A DNA stretch of 64,000 nt from Azolla caroliniana (taxonomy: Eukaryota; Plantae; Polypodiophyta): positions 62,498-126,497 of the forward strand of contig JBHGNT010000070.1 of NCBI GenBank assembly GCA_043228905.1, written 5' to 3'. The number at the start of each line of letters is the position of its first letter. Within the stretch, counting starts at the first letter, position 1. Below the pieces are notes generated by a model. That model was given only the letters and a program-made list of their open reading frames with translations, was not told the DNA's origin and ran no database searches. Positions 12,087 to 24,100 of this stretch are shown one piece after another. Both the position numbers and the translations under genes were made by a program.

Positions 12087-14190
12087 ATGCAGATCCGCTA
12101 TGGCGGCATTGGCCACGGCGTCTCCATCCCCATCCCCATTTCCACACTCTTCACTGCCTCCCGCTCCCATTCCTTCCTTCCATCCCTCATCATCTTTTTC
12201 CTGTTTCTCCTTCTTTCTCCTCCTCAAACCCTGGTTCTGGTTCCTGCTTCTGCGCTCGGATTCAACTGCGGAGACATCACTGCTCACCATGTTCCTGCTC
12301 GCAATGTGGTTCAAATGCTTCTCTCCAACATCATTTCTAAGGTGAAGCTCCTCGAGGCCATTCCATCTGCTCTCCCCGCTCTCGCTGGCTCAGGAATCTA
12401 GGTTATGGTCGGAATTCCTAACGTATTTCTTCACAGCGTTGCTCCTTCTTCTTCTGCTGCTGCTGCTGCAGATGCGTGGATACAATATAACCTCACAGCT
12501 TTCATGGGGAAAGGAGGAGTGAATGTCAAGTAAGTATGGAATACGTCCTTTTTTGTAGCTGCTTTTCTTCATTTTATTTGACCTGTTCCTCTGTTGTCGC
12601 TCGCTTACTTATGGAAGAAGAATTCGATCAGAAACGAGTTAAACATCAAATAAATAGCATGATTCGGAACTTTTGTGCAATAATGCGTAGTAAACGTGGC
12701 AATCAAAGGGGAATTTTCCCAAAAACGAGTTAAAATACGGTCAAAGTTTCAAAGAGCTGGCATTATCTAGAAATCTTGGTAAGAGTCTAGCGTGTGAGCT
12801 TTGAGATTATTTGAGAATGGGAGAAACTGTTAGGAGTGAACCATTTTCCGTGTGAACAATTAACTCTATATCGCAGAACCTGCTGCAGTTATAGAGCTCG
12901 TTGATTATTAGACAGTGGCTTTTCTCTGTGTCTCCGTGTCATGATGACTCTTTATCCTTGATCCTTGATCTTCAATCTTCTTTGTTATGCATTGATCTGC
13001 TGTATACACAAGAATGAAAACCGTTTAGTTTGCTCCTTTAGTGATTTATATATGTGCGACGAAGCTTTTCTTTTCTCTGTGTTCGTCCCCAAAAACCTAG
13101 GTTTTCAGCATTAGATTCTCTTATTAGATCACATTTCCAGGACCTTGCTATTTAATCTAATCTACTCATCATCAATCCATTGCCGTTGCATTTTGCTGCT
13201 TACAGAAGGGCAATTCAGCACAAAAAGACGTACAACTTAAAGGATTAGTATGATCTGGAAGAGTTTGCGGAAGAAAGTTGCGTTCTGAAGGAAACATAAT
13301 GATAAGAGTGTACGATGTTGTTAAATGAAGATGAACGAAACTTTCCTTCGCCACGTTGTTCTCAGTAATTTGCTGTTGTCAAGCACAACATTGTTTCTTT
13401 CTTATGACATTTCAAGGGACATTGCCGTCAAGTCTCCAACCGGATTCAAACGTTACTCTCGTATTCACCGAGTGGAATTTATATATCTTTCTATATATAT
13501 TATCTCACCTCAACTTGCAATAAATATTGAAGCTTTTGCCATCAGGTACCAAAGAGTTTATCTTTCTGCTATCAATTACTTCCGCATTATGCAGAAAAGC
13601 AGCATACGTGAATATTATTCACACCTTATGCTCGTTTATGGTTCTCTTACCTTTTTAGATTCAACGAAGGTTCAAATGCTTGGTCAGTAGGAGATTTGAC
13701 CTTGTCTTGACTAGCTCGGTAGCCATCATAATCCGAATAAATGTTGTCCCAATTAGTCGATCTGCTAGATTATGTATATGCAAAACACAATGTTCCCGTG
13801 GAGTATGCCCAATATTGCTTTTAGAACAGATTCATTTGTGACTATGCACCGATCCAAATTATAACTCTGATCATTCCGTCTTCTTTTATCTATGAAAGTG
13901 TCAAAACATTGCTTTTTCTTAGAACTGAGATGAAATTGATGCCTTACGAAACCAACCATCTCTTGTTACATTCAAAATTTAGCCTCAGAATTATATATAT
14001 GATGCTAAGAAATTTATGAATAATTCGCTAATCTCTGCTTATATACTCCTTTGAAAATACATTACAGATACATTGCAGTAGGTAATGAACCATTTCTGGC
14101 GGCATAGGCATACGGAACTCAATGCCAGAATGAGTACATATTATGCTATGAAGAATGTTTACGAATCAATTGTAAAAGCATGTCACCTTG
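12087..14190 (+). pseudogene. GH17 glucan endo-1,3-beta-glucosidase pseudogene, right copy (exon 1 12087-12529, exon 2 from 14068)
   Basis: A signal peptide is followed by ALGFNCG..HVPARNVVQML..GSGI*VMVGIPN, with TAG at 12399-12401 where the left copy has GAG. A GT-AG intron at 12530-14067 leads to YIAVGNEPFLAA* and then a frameshifted AMKNVYESIVKA. Confidence 0.88.
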
Positions 14191-14959
14191 ATAGCATGTA
14201 TGCCATGGTATTGTTCTTGCCTGAAATGTGATGGACTTCCAGATTCATTGACTTTATGTACACAAATCCATCTTGACATATCTAGATCTGAGCAAGCCAT
14301 GGCAATGTATGTCTTTAATTTTTACTACAAATCTTCCAGATTGTAAATGATTCAATACTATCTTAATAGTAGTTGATCGATGTACTAAAATGGCACAACA
14401 AATCTAGTTATGCGTGAAGTATTTTGTCCTCACGGTCTTCTAGACAACATCATTAGTTATCATTAGTGATCATTAATGATAATTTCCAGACAACCTAACG
14501 GAAGCATATTCTTGAATGAAATCTTATTAAAAATAAATAAATCCTACATTGAGATAGACATTTTGAACTTTTCTTATTAGAGATGGAATTGTTGTCATGT
14601 TAGTAAATTTGTCCCTCAAACCTAAATATCAAAGCTTGATTTTACCATACTAAGATTTATTTAATTTCGATGGATTTAATTGTATCATTTGAAAATAAAT
14701 GTTTAAACTCACTCCAAATCAATGATGGTTGAAGGTCTAGGCATGATTAAACCCAATACTGCATGGACGAAAATTTTAAAAACCTATAAAGCTTGAATGT
14801 TTCCATATATAGAAACTTAAGTATGTTGGTAACAAACTCTAGCATAATGACACAAAGTCTAAGTGCAATGATACATAGTTTCCGAGTTTACGAACAACAA
14901 GGGTATACGTTACATAGATAGGCCAAGACACAGAGAATGACTCATATAAATCCCATGAC

Positions 14960-15198
14960 CTGAAACCATGACTCATCCCATCAAGTAGATGGTGTCAATG
15001 CTCATCCAATAGTCCAAGATTTCAATTGCTATAGATTGTCCCCAATCCAGTGGTCATCTTGTAGTTGGCTATAGTTCAGTGGTTGGTCACTCATACCAAT
15101 TCCCACTTCAATTAGATGATGAGCTTGCCACCACTCTTCGACAGAATCGATGAATCTGTGAGCTTGTTGATCACACACCACATAAATTGGATGATCCC
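14960..15198 (+). repeat. Dispersed repeat, inverted copy of about 20250-20488
   Basis: AACCATGACTCATCCCATCAAGTAGATGGTGTCAATG...CACATAAATTGGATGATCC occurs in both places in opposite orientation. Confidence 0.9.
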
Positions 15199-15750
15199 TT
15201 GGAGCATCTACAATGTGGAGTATGCCAATACCTACTGAAGCCTCACCCCTTTGATGAAGGAGATTGCTAGAGCACGACAAGCTTCGAATCATTAATCATG
15301 GATCTATTGAACGCGGACGGAGTATACCAATAGCTCATGGCTCACACAAGCCTCACCCCTTTGATGAGGAAGATTGCTTGAGCTCAAATAGAGACAAACA
15401 TAGTGGTGCTCCAATGACACTACAAGCTTCGATTCATCAACGGATGGTGAATTCACTGTGCCTATAACAAGGTTTCTTAGAGTTAAGAAAAAACAAGCTC
15501 AACCACACTTGTTTGACCACCTTTTGTAGGAAGAGATACTTTTCGTATTAAGTGTACTATCAATATAACTTGATGATCTCACGACAAACTAGTTGAGGAT
15601 TTTTTTCTTTACATTTCTCAATCGAAGCTCTCTCTGGGCTCTGGTGCATTTCTATAATGAAGAGCATTTCTCATGATCTCTTCCATTTCTGCCCGGGTAT
15701 ATCTAAAGTGCCGAGTTGCAATTCCAAACTGCAATCAGCAGCTTTAATTT

Positions 15751-16200
15751 AAAGTACTCATTAACAACAAATGAGAATGATCCTTCTCTCTCATCGAAAT
15801 CGTAGCTTTGTCCATTCACCAATTTGACACATCTTTTATATTGAGTGCCTGTATTAATTGCGTGCATGTGAGCCAGTAGTTGACATTCAAACTTGTGGAT
15901 GTATCTACTATGGTGATTTAACTTTTAAGAAAATTATGTTTGTCCTTAAATAGGTCGACTGTATTTGTATTGATCTACTATGCAATGCCAACTTAGTATA
16001 CTTACGAAAAGTATGACATTTCTCCTCTCATAGACTGATAATGTTTGTATTCATCAACTATGCAATTCCGACTCAGAATTTGGAGGATACTATAGTTACC
16101 GGTTTATCACAATTAATTCATTTCGTTCCATTATAACCATTTCATCCACATTATTACTAACATTGCCGATTTGGAAGGCCACTATGTCATGACAAACAAG
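15751..16200 (+). repeat. Non-coding repeat also present at about 27833-28245 and partially at about 28977-29070
   Basis: All copies share AAGTACTCATTAACAACAAATGAGAA. The first two continue as TGATCCTTCTCTCTCATCGAAAT and share downstream TTCATCAACTATGCAAT blocks. Confidence 0.85.
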
Positions 16201-16607
16201 TGCGTGAAGAGATTATGTGCCCTTGTCAAAAATGTATGAGGAGATACTTTTCGCAATAAGTGTACAGTAGATATAACTTAATGATATCTCCATGAGTCTC
16301 ACATGACGACAAAACTAGTTGAGGAGTCTTTGTGAATTACAAATAAAAGTGTTCTCGTGTCATTGATGCAAGGCATGGTAAACAATGGTCATTGGGCCCA
16401 CTGTGGAATAAGCGGTTAATTATAGTTCGATAAGCTAGGTGTACATGATGATGAAGATATATACACCCCTGAAAACAATTCTAATGGGTAATAGTTTCTC
16501 ACCGTTAACATTTTATATTCCTCTTAGAGTGATGGCATTGAATCCACACATTGCTACACCTTGACAATTGCCGTTTGATGAAGGCTCAAATATCTGCTTG
16601 GGAGGAA

Positions 16608-17001
16608 AACTTAGATTCGACAACATATGGAAATGTGTCTGTTAGAAATTAGGAACGAAAGAGTGTTGATAGAAAAGAGATGGTCGTTGCGAATCACATT
16701 TCTGCTCAATATCTGAGTTTCTCGTACAATGGGGCTTCAGATTTTGACAGAAGTAATTATTAGATTGAGACAAAAAAGATCATAAACAAGGTGATGAATG
16801 ATAAAAAAGGATGCAAGAGTCATAAGTTTCAGGAGACAGAGAGACATGATTTGTTACCAAATGATCGTCCATTTATTAGCCACGAAATATAACAAGGTAG
16901 CAAATTAGTAGGTGCAATTTTAATAAGCAGGAGACCATTTTATATGATGGTGAGAGACAAGTTATCAAAGAAACTTCATCGATTAATGAACAGTCTTCGA
17001 T
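16608..17001 (+). repeat. Direct repeat flanking the MED26-like gene (partner about 18908-19190)
   Basis: Shared blocks ATATGGAAAT.TGTCTG, CAGGAGACAGAGA, CAGGAGACCA and AAAGAAACTTCAT.GATTAATGAAC..TCTTCGAT. Confidence 0.85.
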
Positions 17002-17054
17002 TTACAAAACAAGAGATGTATGTATGTCTAGGGAGGCTGTGCTCCTATGTAAAC

Positions 17055-17813
17055 CTAAGGAGACTGTGAATGCCTAGGGACGCTGTGGTGAGGCCGAAGC
17101 TTCTTAATGACAAATTTAAACTTGGATTTCCGGATAATCTTGTAATTGCCGGATTCAAGGCTGTCGAACTGCTGTTGTCGCTGCTGTGGCAGACTCCTTT
17201 TCACCTCCATGACCTTGTGTTGCTGCTGAAACAGCCGCTTCTTTTCCTTTGAAGAAGAGGATAATGCAGCGACCCGCATCCGACTGAGTATATTGGGTTT
17301 GGCCTTCCTCCATTTCCTAAGTGTATGTTGCTGCTTGTGGACCAGGTGATGATGACCCAATTGTTGCTCCTGTAGTTCTTCTGGCTGGAGGAGGCAGATG
17401 GTGCGTTGCCGCTTTGCCAAAAGCTCTCGCTCATAACCAGCAGCTAGCTTCCGTTTTGTAATCTGCATCTTCTCTTCATAGCTGCCGCTGCTGCTGTGAT
17501 GGTGGAGGAGCTTCTTCCACGCAGAGATGAGGGCTTTGGCGAGGGAGGCGATGGCGGGAGAAGGGTGTTTGGTTAATTTGTGGACGGCCTTGCCAATGCG
17601 GGTGTCGGTGAGAATGTGGACGTCCTTCTGGAGCCGGATGAGTGGCTGAAGTTTGTGCAGCAGGTCCACCAAGACTGGAATCGAATTTGGTAGAGGACTC
17701 GCAGCAATATTCATGATTCGCTGCTCAATTGCTGCAACCTCTTGGTGGTGACGAGTGTTGACAGCAATGGAGGAGGAGGAGGAGGAGCAATGGGTTGGTA
17801 GGCGCATATCCAT
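17055..17813 (-). CDS. TFIIS N-terminal domain protein, plant Mediator subunit 26-like (252 aa, intronless)
   Basis: LVDLLHKLQ...DVHILTDTRIGKAVHKLTKHPSPAIASLAKALISAWKKLL is the TFIIS-N/Med26 motif. EEKMQITKRKLAAGYERELLAKRQRTI resembles the plant MED26 C-terminal KRRLHENYQEAENAKKQRTI motif. ATG is at 17813; the ORF-track extension runs through repeats. Confidence 0.85.
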   Translation of the reverse strand: MDMRLPTHCSSSSSSIAVNTRHHQEVAAIEQRIMNIAASPLPNSIPVLVDLLHKLQPLIRLQKDVHILTDTRIGKAVHKLTKHPSPAIASLAKALISAWKKLLHHHSSSGSYEEKMQITKRKLAAGYERELLAKRQRTICLLQPEELQEQQLGHHHLVHKQQHTLRKWRKAKPNILSRMRVAALSSSSKEKKRLFQQQHKVMEVKRSLPQQRQQQFDSLESGNYKIIRKSKFKFVIKKLRPHHSVPRHSQSP

Positions 17814-18010
17814 GGATTGGATTGGATTGGATTGGAGTGAGCTAGCTTGTAAGGAGGAATTAGGGTTAGAATTATGGGTTTGCAGGATATTATAGGGGAA
17901 ATGTGGCAGATGGGATGGGGATAGAGATGGATGCAAGGGGATTGAGGGATTGAGAGAGAGGGAGAGAGAGAGAGAGAGAGGTGATGTGCTATTCTGGAGA
18001 AAATCGGGAA

Positions 18011-18045
18011 TTAGGGTTAGGGTTAGGGTTAGGGTTAGGGTTGGG
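18011..18045. repeat. (TTAGGG)5 telomere-like array upstream of the MED26-like gene
   Basis: TTAGGGTTAGGGTTAGGGTTAGGGTTAGGGTTGGG is directly visible. Confidence 0.9.
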
Positions 18046-19939
18046 AGGTTGCAGGATTTTATAGGGGAAATGTGTTGGCAAACGCATTTCCTTTGCGTTG
18101 CGTTTTCGGCCCCAAATGTTTCTGCGTTTGCCTGCCCCCTGCGTTTTCTGGGGGGGGGGATTTGCGTTTCTCTGCTTTCTGCGTTTGGTGCAAATTCGTT
18201 TGCGTTTCTCTCTGCGTTTTCTGACACGTGGCACCGCGTCAGCACAACAATGATTGCTTGCCACGTGGCAGGCACCTGAGGCCTGTCGTTTTTCTTTCTT
18301 TCCTGATGTCCGGACGAAAAAGGATGATAATAAAGAAAAAAAAAAGAAGGAAAAAAAACAAAAATATAAAAACTGTCGTTTGCTGCTTTTTTTTTTGTGT
18401 GTGTGTTGTTTTTGTCCCTTTATTTTTTATATTTTCTGAGTCTTTTTTTTACTTATTGTTTGAGTTTCTATTTTTCTTTTTCTTTTTTTAAATGAATTAT
18501 TTATTACAGCAAAAGACGCTTGATAAAAGAAATGTATAAAAACAGAGTATGTATTTTCAATAGCATCTGAAAGCTTATAACTTGAAATAGGATGCAGATA
18601 TGAAGCAAACTTGAAATAGAAGAGCCCTAGGGGGTATATATTAATATGATAATGAATATGGCCCAAGTATGAAATAAGAAGGTTTAGTACTTAGAATGGA
18701 GTAGCAGGATTTTTTAGCAAAAGTATATTTGTGGTTACATTTTGATTCATTGAAATACATTAGGAAATACATTAGGAAATACAACGACCCAACCCACCCA
18801 ATGCACATCTCCTAGTGGTTTCTTTTCCTACAATGTTTTCATAAACCATTGAAAGGTGAGATTCCTTAAATACCTCGACCCTTTGCATTTTTCATATACT
18901 TCGTGGAAAGCTTAGATCCAAGATATGGAAATATGTCTGCTTGAAATTAGGAAAGAAAGAGATGAGGACATACTTCATTAGACATAAAAGAAAGAAGCAA
19001 GAATAGCCATTGAATTATTTCCAGGAGACAGAGATATGATTTGTTAATGAATGGTCATCCATTTATAATGCAAGGAATATAACATGGTCACAAATTAGTA
19101 ATTACAATTTTGGTAAACAGGAGACCACAGTGATGATGCGAGGATTCAAATTGTCAAAGAAACTTCATTGATTAATGAACTATCTTCGATGCACTACAGA
19201 AAAGCTTTTTCTGTAGTAAAATAGTAATGTCAACAATCAATCGTAAACACCCGCTAAACTCAAAAAGAAGAAGCAGAATGCGATCAATTTGTGGAACCCT
19301 TATAATGGGCACTTTTGTTGTACTGATCACTTGAGTCCTAACCACATCAAATTGGATCTACTACCTGGCAATATAGCGCGATCTCCACCCTAATGATTCG
19401 AGATTCTTTCCCATCTTCGGAAAAAAAAACATATCACTAAAGCTCCGACAAACTTCGCGTCATTTCTCAAACCTATATCGTGTGTGTTTTGTCTTGCGAA
19501 ATATGTACGAAGATTGAATGTTACAGTATGCCTTAAAACATCATTATTACAATGCACGGGGTATATGTGAGGCTTTACATATAGCGAGTCTATCGATCTA
19601 TTGGCCCATTTGAGTTAAGCTAATGATTGACTCTAGATCCTTTTCAGTGGAGGCTTGCCGCATAAAACAATGTGAAACACAGAATCGTGACCTACAGCTA
19701 TATGAAAACATAGATATGCATAGGAAGATTGAGTGCTAGTGGGAAATTTGTGGGCTTTTCTATAAGCAAATCATCAAACCAGCTTGCTTCCAAAATTAAA
19801 GGGCTAATGATGAGGGGCAACCATAACCTAATATGAATCATCATTTTCATTTATGAAACAACAAAATGAGGTAGTTGCATCATACACAACATTTGCTCAT
19901 AATGGCCCCATTGTATTGTGGTCAGAAGTAAATTCATTT

Positions 19940-20656
19940 TTAGGATGTCACACCACAATTTCCATGCAATTCTTGAAGGATATAATCATCATGGACAATT
20001 GAAGGTGTGTATGAGTCATAAAGATCTTCATTGTATCGACAATTAGAGAAATCGTGATTAACATCATCTATGGATCGCACGATGTGAAGGTCATCATCAT
20101 ATTCATGTAAGGCATCCAGACTAAAGGAATGTTGATCATAATAGCTACTGTTGATATCCTCAATGGATTGAACATTGATGTCATCGTGAAGCCCATAATC
20201 TACTAATGCCGCCATATGATTCGCTTTACAACTTGCATCATTCGCATGGATCGGATCATCCAATTTATGTGGTGTGAGATCAACAAGCTCATGGATTTGT
20301 CGATTTTGTTGGGGAGTGGTGTGAAGCTCATCGTCTAATTGAAGTGGGAATTGATATGAGTGACCAATCACTGAACTATGGCCAGCTACTAGATGACCAC
20401 TGGAATGGGGACAATCTTTACTATTGAAATCTTGGAGTATTGGATGACCATTGACACCATCTACTTGATGGGATGAGTCATGGTTCCCGGTTAGGAGTTG
20501 AACTAGAGATGGGAAGTAGGCGGGATTCGAGCAAGTCACGGTGAGGGTGGGCGAGAAGACATGAACCACACGAATGACATGCGTGGTAGTACCGAACTTA
20601 TGCTTGTCTTGGGTCATTGCTGAGCAAGATGCAACATTAGAGGCACTAGAGTACAC
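19940..20656 (-). other. His/Asp-rich ORF of unknown function, probably repeat-derived
   Basis: A 238-codon open frame with no recognised domain. A degraded second copy lies at 14960-15198. Confidence 0.3.
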
Positions 20657-21140
20657 TATATCATTTTTTGGCTATGCCGATCCTATATTTCACAATGGGC
20701 TATATTGGTTCGTGTAAGAAGAAGAATTCAGGAGCCAAAGGAATGGATTGAGTACTGATTGGCAATTAAGGATTAGCAATTGGCATACAATTGAGAGCAC
20801 ATAGCTGCAAATTCGCTCTTGAATTTCACTTGAAATGAAATGAGTGGGTTATACATGAGAACGGATGTGACATAAATATGTAGTTTGAAAGTTGGTACTA
20901 TGATTGCAAATTATTCTTTGCTTTTGAAAGATATAGTTTCCTTAGTGTGTTCCAGCTGTGTGCCAAGCCCCACCACACACACACACACACATTGTTCTTG
21001 AGCACTTTTACTTGGTTTCAAAGTTGAAACAAGCTCGACTTTAGTTAGTGATGGTCGGAAGAAGTGTGAAATACCCCGTCGTAAAAACAATGAAATGCCC
21101 TTCAATTTTCGTTGTTTACCCTATAGCCTCGAGTCAACCC

Positions 21141-21141
<1 letters not shown>

Positions 21142-21194
<53 letters not shown>
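21142..21194. repeat. (GA)n microsatellite
   Basis: Directly visible. Confidence 0.97.
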
Positions 21195-21197
<3 letters not shown>

Positions 21198-24100
21198 GGG
21201 ATCCATTGACCATATACAAATCAATAAAAAATGGGATCCATTGATCTATTTCATCTCACCACTCCTATATGACAAAATTGAAAATGGATAACATTAGCCA
21301 CTTTATTGACATTTATACTATGATAGAAGTTTAAGAATTTAAGTTTTGCCTAGTTTTGGCTCTTTGCAACCACGTGTCAATGTCAAGTTGTGGAGCTATC
21401 TCTTTAGAAAATGATCTCAAACAAAATCTACAAAGAGTTTTCAAAGAAATACAAAGCATCAAACCCACTGTTTGAGACTTTAAGGCGATATACCTGAATC
21501 TTACAACTTGTTTAACAATAATTTTGAGGGCATATCTAAAGTCTTTTACATGATTATGCTTTTCTCATTGTGCTTTGTGTCGTATTGCACACGAGTCACC
21601 CTTTTGAAACTGATTATCGAAGGAAAAACCAATGAAGAGAAAACAAATCGATATATTTTATGGATATTTAAAGGCTTTTCGTTCGAGGCTTCTCAAATTA
21701 ATAGAATAAACATACATATCCACACAAGATTCTTTCTTCCAATCACACGACTACTCTCCAAAGCTCAATATGAATATGACTATGTTCGTAATCTAGGTTG
21801 AAAATGTGAGATCGTAGGCACTACATAATGACGAAGTTACCAAAAGTCTTTGTATCATATAATAGTTACTAAAAGTCTTTGTATCATATAATAATTGATA
21901 TCATATCTTTGTGTCAATTGTTACCCAAGCTCTTTGTAACAAGAAAACTTAAGTATGTTAGGTGTATGCCAATATTTAGATTTAATAGCCTTTGGAAATA
22001 ACACAATTACAATACTCTTCAATGGAATGGGAAGGTGGTGTGAAAACTTTATGATTAATGTCAATGGATTGATTAATTATGAAAGGTTTATTTGGATTAA
22101 GTATGAAAGGTTTATCCAAATAATTTGATGTAAGGTTATCACTCATTCTCTTTGTAGTGTTTTGGAAATTTAAATTTAAGTCATCTTTGAAGGAGAAATG
22201 AGTGCAATGTGTGCAGCCTCCAAACCACCATCTTGAAATATAAGCCGGGAATACACACTTTTCAAGTTTCTTTTCAAAAACCTTAACCTCACATTTACAT
22301 TTATTAGCATTTGACTGTATAGTTTCTTATCCTTCATGTATCAACAGTGAGAACCATAAAGCATTCGTACAATGAATATGTTAGTATGCAAGCAAAAGTT
22401 TTGGATAGAATGATTGTGTTATTTTATTTTTTTCAAGAATGATTGTGTTATTGCACAAACGAATTTCCAGCAAAAACATAAAGGCTTTTGAAAGAGATAA
22501 TAGCTTGAATGAAGTCGTGTGACCTATTATTTGGATAATTCCTTAATGAATAAGGATTGTAAACTATTATTTTAGTATCAATGACTCATGTTAAGACATT
22601 TCTGTTTTACCATTTACTACTATTCATATTGCAATGCATAACTTTGGGATAATTCTTCAACTCATCCGCAATCGATCCTCAAGAATTCAAAGGTTCATGT
22701 TTGATTAATGGCCCCAGTGTTATATGACAAAATGTACAATATTAGTGACATACACTAGCAATTCCAACTTCGTCCCAATTCGAACTTTCCATGACTTGCA
22801 ATGAATATAATTTTACTATTATTTGACGTACATCCCAAATAATCACTTAAAATCATAGAAACACTTAGAGTTTTGTGAATTTCCAACCACTTTTCAAATA
22901 CTTGTGACTCTACAACGACTACTCTAATGATCTTGGAAATTTACAAATAAAATTTCGTAAGTATCTTTGACAATCGAAGTTCATATTCCGAGTCCAAAAA
23001 TAGTTACAATGCAATACATCGTTTTGTTCTCCCACCTTATGGTCCTACTACCTATGAGGAATAAAGAGAAAACGACATTAGAAGTAGTTTAATTCAAGTT
23101 GAATGCAACGAATTAGTGTGTTTTTCAATTATGTTGGACATTGACATTCATATAAGAATTTCTTGTATATCTATGAAAATGAACTAACAAATAGAAAATG
23201 CAATAAATTTATAAAGTTGCATACATTAAGTCTTCCCAACTTTGAGAAAACTCATTGACTATGAAAAGATAGTACACAAAAAGCAAAACTTTGCATTCAC
23301 AATGATTGAAATAAGAAGCTTGGTGTACATCAAATGCTTAGTTATATCCAAATACTTATATTTATATTTGAAGAACATGTGCACTTGTGTAGTTTACCAA
23401 GTTATTATTTGATATAGATGAACCCAATGTAAGAAGATTAAAGGTTTGTATTTAGTCTTTGAAGTAACATATTTTAAAGTTAGCTTCAAAAAGAAGTAGG
23501 TGATGTACCATCGGTAGAGCTATCCCAAAAGCATGACACGGCAGTAGTCATTCCGGCTCCATTCTTTTGCATGATAATGCAAGTAACTTTCATATGGACA
23601 AAAGCCAACAAAATTAGCAAAAAGCATGCCCACATCATATACATATCCCAAACATATTGTCCACAATGAATTCATTTAAGAGCAAAACACCAAAAATACC
23701 CCTAGCTTCTTTGATAAAGTCCGTGCTATGAAAGGGTCTCCGAGGTAATCTTCGAAACATAAGAGGTATTCTAGGACACACCAACATGCTAGGGGTATTT
23801 TTTGGTTGTTAGTTCCTTTGTTTATTTACACAAGCTTAGATGTGTCCTAAAAGGTTATTCTTGAGATTTCTATCTCACCTACATATTTGAAAGGCTTATC
23901 AAGGTCTGACAAACGCTTCATGCAAAGCTCTACCACATCTGATGACCATTGTTTGACCTAAACCAAAGCTATCGAAATGATATCAAGAAGTATCATAGAA
24001 TACAGCAATGAATATTATTATGGTAAAAACACCACCAGCATTTTGTATATTTACCAAAATGCCCTTGAGGTTTTCAGATTAACAAGAATAACAATCACTT

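Noticed and set aside
15610-15730. Exon-like segment on the minus strand with AG and GT borders
   Set aside because: All three frames contain stops and no homology was recognised.
17814-18275. N-terminal extension of the MED26-like ORF to 406 aa
   Set aside because: It runs through TTAGGG and (GA)n repeats giving LTLTLT and SLSLSL, so it is most likely UTR or promoter sequence.
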